A stretch of DNA of 64,000 nt from Daphnia carinata (Eukaryota): NCBI RefSeq assembly GCF_022539665.2, contig NC_081333.1, positions 12,958,001 to 13,022,000 on the forward strand. The letters run 5' to 3'. The translations under genes and the position numbers were made by a program. This document shows positions 26,846 through 38,149 of the stretch, one piece after another (the stretch's first letter is position 1; every line of letters begins with the position of its first letter). The notes under the pieces are model-generated. The model had not been told where the DNA came from, did not search any database, and was given only the letters and a program-made list of their open reading frames with translations.

Positions 26846-27578
26846 ATGGATAAGATAATACAACAAAAGGATGGTAAGTATAAACATTATTATATTGGTT
26901 TTCAATTATTAATTATTCTTTATTAGATCAAATTATGAAGCTGCAGGCCCAATTATTGGAACAACACAAAATATTAGATAACAGCAATGCTAAGGATGGT
27001 AAGGCCTAATACGTAATGATTCTATTTATTTGCTTTTATTCATTTGTGTTTTGTAGCTCAAATTTTGAGTCTACAAGGTCAGCTAGGGGAAAAGAACAAA
27101 TTGGAACGGAACAGTTTCCAAACAGTGAAGGAGGTTTTTCCAAACTCAAACCTAACTGAACATGAGGATGAATTGGCATTAGGTGAACACAGTCAGGTAC
27201 CTAAACTTTTCAAATAAGAATTCAAAATAAGTATAGAATTTTAACAAACAATTATTTATTGTTTAGTTATTCAGTCTACCACCTGACAGTGTGTTAAATT
27301 TAAATTCTGTTAGTGCTGCACAAAAAGAATCGTTAGTAATAAGCCCATGCAGTGAAGGAAGTGAACAATTGTGGGACTGTATTTGGGCTGAAAATGGGTG
27401 TGGTACGGAAACCCAGAAATGGCACAAGTTCAACATGAAACATGGATTAGGTACTTTTCGGTTTTATTGCTATTGAAAAAAGTATTTTTAATGCTATTAT
27501 TTTGCATTCACAGAATTTAATGGGGGATCAAATCAAGTCTGGAAGTGTTACAGGATGGAAGAGTCAGCCTACAGATGA
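26846..27578 (+). CDS. Putative 5-exon orphan ORF of 162 aa in the left arm; exons 26846-26873, 26927-26998, 27057-27196, 27267-27450, 27514-27578
   Basis: Canonical GT-AG short introns with consistent phases; spliced length 489 nt is open (MDKIIQQKDDQIMKLQAQLLEQHK...EESAYR*); splice sites retained in the other copies. Confidence 0.45.
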
Positions 27579-29014
27579 AAAAACACTGAGAGTGCATTAC
27601 CATTAAGGTATGAGGTAAAGCAATAGAGTATGCACATTGTCTAATGAGAAGTACCATCTTGTGTTAATAAATCCAGTACAACAGCAATCCTTTATAGTTC
27701 TGTCACAGCTAGAAACCTCAAATAATTCTGCTTCTCTGTCTAAAGAACAACTTGTCCTTTACGTTCAGAGTGTTGGGGAAACTGGGTACTTAAATGGCCC
27801 TAAAGATGTTTTAATTTTGCTGCCATTGCAGAGATGAACATCATACATGGACTCTTTAGGTGTGAAAGGATTTTTCTTCAAATAATTTTGAATTTATGAC
27901 GAAGAATTTCTCCTCCTTTTTGCCAACCAGGTCTAATCTACCAAAAAAAATTTTATCCAATAGGAAAGGATTTTCATGTACTGGGAACACAACTATCAAC
28001 AATGCAACATTGTACAGGTGCTAGTTTATCATTCAAGAGCCTTATACAATGATGTTAATCTGCAATTTGTATGTCCTTCCCCAAGCTTCCACCAGAAGTT
28101 GAATCTATGAGTCATGTAAGTTACATGATCAACAGTTGATATGTTTAACGGTGTTGTTTTTCTTTTCTCAATATAGGTTAATAGTAACATTGGATCTGAA
28201 AAAATTCTTGGTTGGGGCAAGACACTGAATAAATTGTATTGATTGGATGGATGACATGACATTTCTATACTTAATTCGGATTCCCCAGACGGTATTTGAT
28301 ATTAAAAAAATTGAAGTGCATATCTGGGCTCCCTTCTTTTCTGAAGCCCCGTTTCCCCTTGACTCGTAATAAGCCCGTAGGGGGTCATGCCCCTACTGTA
28401 CGGTATATATAAAAACAACATATACCGAGGTTTGGAGGGCTCTGGCCGGAAAGGGGACGTGGGGTGCCGCTTAGTCCGATGATGTGTTCACGGAGGGCGA
28501 TGTGGCTACCCACAAATCCGAACTAAAGGTTAATCGCTCCTGTAAAAATGTTCCAAATCTTCAGCTCTTCTTCCGGCTTCTCTTAGCCAATCACCGGGTA
28601 ATCTCCCCGGTGGGTCAACAAGGCAGTGTCTCCCCCTGCCTGGGTTGACGGCAACTTTGAAAGGGCTATTATGCCTTTTTAAAGTTGCAAAAATAATTGT
28701 AATGTGCAGAGAATTGTCAATAAAATTTTTTTTATAAAATATTTTATCCAAAATTTGTTTCTTTCATTGTCTGTGTTAGCTGTGTTCACACATTACATTT
28801 ATCAACTTTTTTTTTTTTCTTTGCATTGTTTGTTTTTGTCACCTTTGATGCCTTGATGGTAAGCATTGTTTCCATTGGTTTATCGTTTATATGTAAGTAT
28901 TCAATTATTATTTATTACACTCTTTGAATTTTTCCACTTAGATTCAAGGAACAACATGTAATATCTGGATATTTTTTCTGAAGTAATTTTGTATTGTATT
29001 TTGTTTTACTCATA

Positions 29015-29073
29015 TGGGAACCGATCCTTAGACATTCAGCGTGCAACGCCGATGCTCTAACATTGAGCCACGA
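29015..29073 (-). pseudogene. tRNA-derived remnant (Ala-TGC-like) or SINE head in the palindrome spacer
   Basis: Minus strand TGGCTCAATGTTAGAGCA (A box/D-arm), TCGGC-GTTGCAC-GCTGA anticodon arm, degenerate B box; no acceptor stem. Confidence 0.5.
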
Positions 29074-29365
29074 GATTTATCTAGATATTTTGTTATCGCA
29101 TATTATATGTTATCGTCTAGGATGTTTATGCAGTCTTTCACAACTATATGTTTATCTTTCTATTTCTTTCATAAGGTTCATAGCTCTGATAGACATATCA
29201 GTTGCGATAGACTGTTAAACATCTGGGATCAAACATATATATGTGTTAAAAAATATCTAGATCAAATGTAGAAGAGTATATTGCAGAATCGCATTTCATT
29301 TTTATTCTAAGTGTAAATGCAAGTCCACAAGTAACTAGAAAAAAGCCAACTTAATATCACATGAT

Positions 29366-29416
29366 TCATGGCTCATTGGTAGAGCATCGGTGGAAAACAT
29401 CCAGGGTTCGATCCCT
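29366..29416 (+). pseudogene. Second tRNA-derived remnant, inverted relative to the first
   Basis: TGGCTCATTGGTAGAGCATCGG...GGTTCGATCCC (A and B boxes), anticodon arm deleted. Confidence 0.55.
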
Positions 29417-31454
29417 ATAATAATAATTGAATACTTACAGATAAACGACAAACCAATGGAAACAATGCTTACCGTCAAAGGTGACAAAAACAAACAATGC
29501 AAAGAAAAAAAAAAAAGTTGATAAATGTAATGTGTGAACACAGCTAACACAGACAATGAAAGAAACAAATTTTGGATAAAATATTTTATAAAAAAAATTT
29601 TATTGACAATTCTCTGCACATTACAATTATTTTTGCAACTTTAAAAAGGCATAATAGCCCTTTCAAAAGTTGCCGTCAACCCAGGCAGGGGGAGACACTG
29701 CCTTGTTGACCCACCGGGGAGATTACCCGGTGATTGGCTAAGAGAAGCCGGAAGAAGAGCTGAAGATTTGGAACATTTTTACAGGAGCGATTAACCTTTA
29801 GTTCGGATTTGTGGGTAGCCACATCGCCCTCCGTGAACACATCATCGGACTAAGCGGCACCCCACGTCCCCTTTCCGGCCAGAGCCCTCCAAACCTCGGT
29901 ATATGTTGTTTTTATATATACCGTACAGTAGGGGCATGACCCCCTACGGGCTTATTACGAGTCAAGGGGAAACGGGGCTTCAGAAAAGAAGGGAGCCCAG
30001 ATATGCACTTCAATTTTTTTAATATCAAATACCGTCTGGGGAATCCGAATTAAGTATAGAAATGTCATGTCATCCATCCAATCAATACAATTTATTCAGT
30101 GTCTTGCCCCAACCAAGAATTTTTTCAGATCCAATGTTACTATTAACCTATATTGAGAAAAGAAAAACAACACCGTTAAACATATCAACTGTTGATCATG
30201 TAACTTACATGACTCATAGATTCAACTTCTGGTGGAAGCTTGGGGAAGGACATACAAATTGCAGATTAACATCATTGTATAAGGCTCTTGAATGATAAAC
30301 TAGCACCTGTACAATGTTGCATTGTTGATAGTTGTGTTCCCAGTACATGAAAATCCTTTCCTATTGGATAAAATTTTTTTTGGTAGATTAGACCTGGTTG
30401 GCAAAAAGGAGGAGAAATTCTTCGTCATAAATTCAAAATTATTTGAAGAAAAATCCTTTCACACCTAAAGAGTCCATGTATGATGTTCATCTCTGCAATG
30501 GCAGCAAAATTAAAACATCTTTAGGGCCATTTAAGTACCCAGTTTCCCCAACACTCTGAACGTAAAGGACAAGTTGTTCTTTAGACAGAGAAGCAGAATT
30601 ATTTGAGGTTTCTAGCTGTGACAGAACTATAAAGGATTGCTGTTGTACTGGATTTATTAACACAAGATGGTACTTCTCATTAGACAATGTGCATACTCTA
30701 TTGCTTTACCTCATACCTTAATGGTAATGCACTCTCAGTGTTTTTTCATCTGTAGGCTGACTCTTCCATCCTGTAACACTTCCAGACTTGATTTGATCCC
30801 CCATTAAATTCTGTGAATGCAAAATAATAGCATTAAAAATACTTTTTCAATAGACATAAAACCGAAAAGTACCTAATCCATGTTTCATGTTGAACTTGTG
30901 CCATATCTTGGTTTCCGTACCACACCCATTTTCGGCCCAAATACGGTCCCACAATTGTTCACTTCCTTCACTGCATGGGCTTATTACTAACGATTCTTTT
31001 TGTGCAGCACTAACAGAATTTAAATTTAACACACTGTCAGGTGGTAGACTGAATAACTAAACAATAAATAATTGTTTGTTAAAATTCTATACTTATTTTG
31101 AATTCTTATTTGAAAAGTTTAGGTACCTGACTGTGTTCGCCTAACGCCAACTCATCCTCACGTTCACTTAGGTTTGAGTTTGGAAAAACCTCCTTCACTG
31201 TTTGGAAACTGTTCTGTTCCAATTTATTCTTTTCCCCTAGCTGTGCTGGTAGACTCAAAATTTGAGCTTCAAAACACAAATGAATAAAAGCAAATAAATA
31301 GAATCATTACGTATTAGGCCTTACCATCCTTAGCTTTGCTGTTATCTAATATTTAGTGTTGTTCCAATAATTGGGCCTGCAGCTTCATAATTTGATCTAA
31401 TAAACAATAATTAATAATTGAAAACCAATATAATAATGTTTTTACTTACTTACA

Positions 31455-31960
31455 TGCCAACTCATCCTCACGTTCAGTTAGGGATGAGTTTGGAAAACCT
31501 CCTTCACTGTTTTGAAAGTGTCCATTCTAATTTGTTATTTTCCAGTAACTGAGCTTGTAGACACAAAGTTTGAGCTAAAAAACACAAATGAATAAAAGAA
31601 CACAAATACAATCATTTCATATTACCATCCTTAGTTTTGTTGTCATCTAAGATTCTGTGCTGTTGAAAAATTGAGCCATATAATTTGATCTAATAAACAA
31701 TAATTAATAATTGAAAACTAATAAAATAATGTTTATACTTACCATCCTTATCTTTTATTATCTTATCCATTTTTAAATATTTTTCTCCAGCCACGAGTTT
31801 TTCTCCAGCCACGCTACTCCATTAACTGCTAATGGGATACAATTAACTCAAATTGCTTACATGCCTGTAATAACGAAACCGACTGATAGATGGCTACGGG
31901 TAGAAAAAAGAGAAAAAAGTACGATTTTTTTTTTTTTTTATGTAAAACGGATTGCCATAC
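31455..31960 (-). pseudogene. Diverged partial copy of orphan exons 1-3 plus upstream terminal sequence, frameshifted
   Basis: MDKIIKDKD exon 1; deletion in exon 2 shifts the frame; shares the ATGGCAATCCGTTTTACA motif found at ~26629. Confidence 0.6.
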
Positions 31961-32994
31961 AAAACGGAATGCCATATTTTTTTCAAGACATCTAGTAGAC
32001 AAGTGGCTAACTCCGATTCGTTTTCATAGCCACCACGTCAGCTATTCTGCCAAAATTTCTATCAGCTGTTTCATTTCGCGTGGCGTCGGACAGATGATAA
32101 AAGCATGCAATTAACGTCTTCTTTCTTGAAATTTTAACGTTGATTTCGCCGTGTATAGACCTGGATTATGTGGGTTGAATCTGCGCTTAAAGGTAAAGGT
32201 AAGTTCTTAACGGTATTATGACAGCTATTCGTTCATAAACGATTGTGTAACACATTCTAAATTATTCAAAGGAGGAGCATTGCTTGGCTTAGACAGCACG
32301 TTTTTGTTCTCCATTAGTCAAATACACCCTTTTCGGACCAAAGGTGCTACATAAAGAAGACAATTCTTTGCAATTGTTTTCACAACCTGGACCTCTTAAA
32401 TCCAGTTTATATAAGGTAGTGTTAGATGATGCTACTTTTTGTTAACTGTTTTAGTTTCGTTACTATTGTTTTAGGTCCTTGGAATTTACTTGGCATGCTG
32501 TGGTGGTCGCAGAAATCATCCTGGGACAGAAACAAATACCAATAATGTTCTGTCTTCTGTGTTAGTGTAATAAAAGATATCCAGTACCACTACCGTGTTG
32601 TTAAATTACTACCCCACACACAAGAAACAGAAGTTCCAGATGATTTGGAACTTGCTCCCTACTGGATAGTCGATCTGCCACAGTGTGAAGATTTTTTTTT
32701 TTTTTTTTTGTTAAGACCGAAAGTAAATGTCTTTTTGATTGTAAAAAGGATGTTTACTTACACTCTTGACGGCTGGAGAATCAGTGAAACTGGTAGGTGG
32801 TCTTACATTACTTTACCAACTTTTATTAGTTAGAAAAAGTTTATATAGTAAAATGAAATACAAAACCAGGAAAATTAAATTTGAAATTGTTTTTATTGTC
32901 CCACCGCCACCCTTCAATTCCACCACTATTTTACATCACATATATATACATACAAATACATACATAAATACATACAAACACTTAACTAAATTAA

Positions 32995-33324
32995 CCCGAT
33001 GGCTGCCACGCCATGCAACCCGTAGGTTGCTTAAACTGCATTCGCTACACGTCGAGTCGGAAGGATCCCCGACCAAGGTGGGGCTTGTCCGAAGACAAGC
33101 CCGGGCTGTCACGGTGAAAGAGTCCATTCTGGGAATGCACACCCCAGGATATCTCTCACCGTGCCGACAAAGAGAAGTCCCTAATGGTGCATTGCCTAGC
33201 GTCTAATGGCATAAAACCATTAGGCGCAATGGCGACTGTTCCCCCCATGGCCATGAGGAGAACAGCGCCCAACTCCCTACATCTACAAAAAAAAATGGGA
33301 CCAAACGGCGTGGCAGCCAACGGG
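32995..33324. mobile_element. 330 bp piggyBac-like MITE
   Basis: TTAA on both sides (32991-32994, 33325-33328); 18-bp TIRs CCCGATGGCTGCCACGCC / GGCGTGGCAGCCAACGGG with 1 mismatch; CCC...GGG termini. Confidence 0.85.
33015..33285 (-). ncRNA. Candidate structured RNA inside the MITE
   Basis: Six consecutive stem-loops; C(UUCG)G and C(UACG)G tetraloops and most G-U pairs occur on the minus strand. Confidence 0.5.
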
Positions 33325-33461
33325 TTAAATTATTTACTAGACACATTGTACACTACAAAATAAAATAATACCACGGAGACGATCCACGATGAACTCCCTC
33401 CATCGCCGTGGGATGTTTGATGAGCCGCGCCCTACTGTAGCCGACTTTTTGTGAATGGTGA

Positions 33462-33580
33462 AGGCGATGGCGAAGGCAAATTGCGGTGACGGCGATGGCG
33501 ATGGCGAAGACGGCGATGGCGATGGCGAAGACGGCGATGGCGAAGATGGCGATGGCGATGGCGATGGCGATGGCGAAGAC
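33462..33580. repeat. (GGCGAT/GGCGAA/GGCGAAGAC)n degenerate hexamer microsatellite
   Basis: Visible tandem GGCGATGGCGAT array. Confidence 0.85.
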
Positions 33581-35510
33581 CGCGTTAAGAAGATGACGAG
33601 CCCATGACGGAGTCGAAGACAGCGATGAGACGACTATCAGGACTTTCTTTTTTATTGATCCTATGTAAATGTAACAGATGCAAAAAATTTGATAAAAGAA
33701 CAACACATGAATTTGATACAAGAGATCGAAGTATGTTTATGGTTCGCGGGGATTTTTAAAAATAATACAAGTTAAAAAACGAAAACTAGCTCGAGTAGTT
33801 TCCCAGGATTACTGAGACCATAATATGAAACTGACTGAAGGCAGGGAATGCTACTTCTGAAAAGTAGTCTTTCATTCAAAAGAAACCTTTCGCTAAATGC
33901 TTATCAAATATTCCATATCTTCAGTCTTCCTTCAACAACAGCTTGTCACAAGCAGTTGTCATAAAGCTTTGTTAGTTGAACGTAGATTCAAGAAGTTCCA
34001 ACAAACAAATATTTAGTACAACATTAGTCACAATATTGAATACAAACTTGAAAAATGTTAATAAACTGTCTAGTTTTCAGATATAGATGAAAAAGGCAGA
34101 TATGTTAAATACTGATATCTCAGCTAGTGTGCTCAAACTTGAAACAGTTCAGCCAATCCTTTTAATTCTACTCACGATTAAATTCTAAGGACTCACTGCC
34201 AAAAAATACTCAAGCACAAATTTGCAATAATATTTCCACTATGCTCTGAAGAAGAACTTGGAGACATTTTACCCTAGAAAAATAAAAAGACTGTGTTTTC
34301 CAATGCACCAGCTGAGCCTTGACTTGCTTACTATCTACGTTCAACTTATCATTGCTAGTTTACATAAGAGGCTTCCAGCTTCCTAATTCTAACAATAAAG
34401 CAAAATATTAACGCCTGGAAAAAAATAATTATCGTACGTTACTTACTCGTTGATGTGAATGCACAAAACAGTGGAAAAACTAAAAAAACAACAGAGCAAA
34501 AATGATTGCATGTTTTGATGGCTAATGGTGAATATGACAGACGACGGTAGCGTTCAAGCTTTTGGGTTTTGATGAAAAGCAACCAAGGTTATAAATCTTC
34601 ATAAGGTAAGCATCTGGAATTTCATGTACACTTGGAGTGATTGATTTGGATTTTAATTTAGGGTTCCTTACCGTTTACATGCAAATTTTCCGTAAGTGTG
34701 TCGGACGTAACGAAGAACTACAGGACTGCTAAGCACACAACGAAACAATTCAGAGATTTACAACACCGATAAAATTTGGGAACGCGAATTATTTTAATAA
34801 AAAAAAAAAGGGAAATTGGATTTTTGACCAATATGCGAAGTTTTTTGTAGTTTCTCCGGGCACATAAATCTACTCCAAATCGTTTGAGAAACCCGTAAAC
34901 TGTGTGTTTGCTTAGGTGAGAGAAAGGACTGAACTAAAACTTGGTAAAATTTCTCTACTGTATTCTTTCAAGTGTGTGACGAGCTAGGTAAACAATTTTT
35001 GTCTCGAACCAAACATGTTTTGAACTTTTATTCTTCTTCATTCACGGCAGATAAAATCACTGTTTTCTTCCATTACATACATGATACATCATTAACCTCA
35101 ATTAAATGAAAGAGATTTGACTTTCACCATTTTGCCCACAAAAGCACTCAAATTGTTTACATTATTATCTTCAAATTTCAAAAAGTCCCCTTTTCTTTCG
35201 TAGGCCATCTAAGTTAGTCAGTCATTTTCACTGGACCTGCAAAAACGCGGTATTAATACTTGACATACCTTAATAATAAAGTGTCCAGTTTAAACGATAA
35301 CACAGCTTTTCCAAACTTCCCCAATACACAGATCTAAGTTCAAATCTACCAGCCCTGACATTTGAAGACTGGGGGTATTTTGAAAGCTGGAACATAGATT
35401 GTAAATAGCTTTTAGATATGCCTGCCCCCTGCCTGGGTTGACGGCAACTTTTGAAAGGGTTATTGTGCCTTTTTAAAGTTGCAAAAATAATTGTATACTG
35501 AGATATATAC

Positions 35511-35955
35511 TGTTACGTTTCCGTCTAGTTTAAATAAGTTTAAGAACAAATGGCGAGTCTAATCGGACGTCTTTACCAACGTCCTACTCTATAACCTTGG
35601 TCTCCAGTACCACGAACAGGTACCACCAAGAAACAATACCCAGATCGTCCGTACCAACAACATAAATACCCGGACGATCTGTACACTGACACAACATGAT
35701 TCACCAGACCGTCCGTCCCAACAACATAAATACCCGGACGGTCTGAACACTGACACAATACAATAGAATAATAATAATAATAACAGAAATACCGTCTTAA
35801 CCATTTACACTAGGAGCTTCTTCCGTACACCTATCCTTTTACCGTACAACCAAGGAACTAGCTGTTCCACTCTTCGACTCGATAAACGTCTCTCTGCTTA
35901 CAGAGATACGAAAGCTAGACGTTTGAATCGTTGAAAAATCGACGATTCCGTAACA
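35511..35955. mobile_element. Solo LTR, 445 bp
   Basis: Termini TGTTACG...CGTAACA; 4-bp TSD ATAC at 35507-35510 and 35956-35959; internal ~45 bp direct repeat (CAACAACATAAATACCCGGACG). Confidence 0.8.
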
Positions 35956-35959
35956 ATAC

Positions 35960-37450
35960 TGAGAAAAGAAAAACAACACCATTAAGCATCTCAATTGTTG
36001 CTCACGTGACTTACATGACTCAGAGATTCAACTTCTGGCAGAAGCTTGGGAAAGGCCATACAAATTGCAGATGAATATCATTCTATAAGGCTCTTGAATG
36101 ATAAAATAGCACCCGTAGAATGTTGCATTGTTAATAGTGCTGCTCCCAGTATGCTGAAAATCTTTTCCTATTGGATAATTTATTTTTGTAGATTATACAT
36201 GGTTGGCAAAAAGGAGGAGAAATACTTCGTCAAAAATTCCAAAATTTTTCAAGAAAATTCCTTTCATACCTAAAGAGTCCATGTATGATGTTTATTGCTG
36301 CAATGCCAGCGAAGTGAAACATCTTTAGGGCCATTTAAGTACCCAGTTTCACCAACACTCTGAACGTAAAGGACAAGTTGTTCTTCAGCAGGAGAAGCAG
36401 AATTATTTGAGGCTGTAGCTGTGACAGAACTATAAAGGATTGCTGTTACACAGGATTCATTCACACAAGATGGTACTTCTCATTAGACAATCGGCATTAC
36501 TCTATTACTTTAGCTCACACCTTAACGGTAATGCACTCTCAGTGTTTTTTCAACTACAGGCTGACTCTTCCATCCTGTAACACTTCCAGACTTGACTTGC
36601 TCCCCCACTAAAATTCTGTGAATGCAAAATAATAGCATTAAAAATACTTTTTCGATAGACAAAAAACTGAGAAGTACCTAATCCATGTTTTATGTTGAAC
36701 TCGTGCCATTTCTGGGTTTCCGTACCACACCCATTTTCAGCCCAAATACGGTCCCACAATTGTACAGTTCCTTCGCTGCATGGACTGATTACTAACGATT
36801 CTTTTAGAGCAGCACTAACAGAATTTAAATTTAACACACTGTCAGGTGGTGGACTGATTAACTAAACAATAAGTAATTGTTTGATAAAATTCTATACTTA
36901 TTTTGAATTCTTATTTGAAAAGTTTAGGTACCTGACTGTGTTCGCCTAATGCCAACTCATTCTCACGTTCAGTTAGGGATGAGTTTTGAAATACCTCCTT
37001 CACTGTTTGGAAAGTGTCCCGTTCTAAATTGTTTTCTCCCAGTAATTAAGCTTGTAGACTCAAAATTTGAGCTAAAAAACACAAATGAATAAGAGGAAAC
37101 AAATACAATCATTACGTATTACCATTCTTAGTTTTGTTGTCATCTAATATTCTGTGCTGCTGCAATAATTGAGCCTGCAGCTTCATAATTTGATCTAATA
37201 AACAATAATTAATAATTGAAAACTAATATAATAATGTTTATACTTACCATCCTTAGCTTTTATTATCTTATCCATTTTTTAATATTTTTCTCCAGCCACG
37301 CTACTCAATTAAATGCAAAATTGCAAATGGCATACAATGAACAGAGATAGCATACATGCTTGTAATAACGAATCTGAGCGGTAGATGGCTACGGGTGGAA
37401 AAAAGAAAAAAAAGTGATTTTTTTTTTGTGTAAAACGGATTGCCATACAG
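35960..37450 (-). repeat. Third, diverged copy of the palindrome-arm unit; orphan ORF has a TAA in exon 3
   Basis: ORF 36550-36837 (MLNLNSVSAALKESLVISPCSEG) homologous to 27291-27476; same terminal GTAAAACGGATTGCCATAC as at ~31960. Confidence 0.85.
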
Positions 37451-38149
37451 ATATGGTAGAAATACATTATTTCGATTCAAAATCAAACGGGAATCACGAG
37501 TATCGACTTGATTTTTACTTAAAACTTGCGGTTTTAAAAACAAGCGCAAAAAACGGGTTAACACAGTTGTGCGCTAGCACGTTCCGGCGCTTAAGTTTTA
37601 TATCCCATTTTTTTAGGTATATTTCAAAAGCAATTGATTTTACGAAAAGACAAATCATTTTTCCTGAATCAGCATTAAATTCTGAGTATAGTGTGTGTAA
37701 CGTATTCCAAGAGATTTAGGTATTTGGCTGATTTTGACAATAGTGAGAAGGCTATAAAGCCTTCCCACTTTTTCATTTTTCGCCAAAATCTAGATATGGT
37801 TAGAAATACATTATTTTGATGTATCCCAAATAAATCTAAGCCCCACAAAATAATAAGCCCGCAAAACCTAAAAAAAAAAAAAAATATCAATAAAACTAGA
37901 TAACTATATATGATTTGGATTCTGAATTTAACAAGAATCATGAAAATGAATTTTGTTTTTACGTGGAGTTTATGGTTTTTGAGTAATACTGCATATAATG
38001 AGAAATACTGCACGCCTTTAGCACTGTCGCATACTGGCGCTCCGGTTTTTAACATTCAGCACAAATATTCGGTATTAAAAAAAACTGTTATGAAAAAAAA
38101 AGACTACATTTGCAAGTTCACCTTGATTGCCTAGAAGGTTCTCATTAGT

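Larger units (their letters stand above)
26874..31449. repeat. Large inverted repeat (palindrome): arms ~26874-28912 and ~29419-31449, spacer ~506 bp; diverged homology extends to ~26600 and ~31960
   Basis: Mirrored ORFs on opposite strands: 27637+/30487- and 28029-/30062+ identical, 27291+/30847- near-identical; reverse-complement matches read by eye. Confidence 0.95.

Noticed and set aside
29015..29416. Functional tRNA genes
   Set aside because: Neither copy has an acceptor stem; one has a degenerate B box and the other lacks the anticodon arm.
33015..33285. Hammerhead or HDV ribozyme assignment for the MITE RNA
   Set aside because: No CUGANGA/GAAA core on either strand, and no HDV nested pseudoknot could be traced by eye.
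32766..33721. ORFs of 146, 68 and 122 aa
   Set aside because: They run across the MITE and the GGCGAT microsatellite and are most likely incidental frames.
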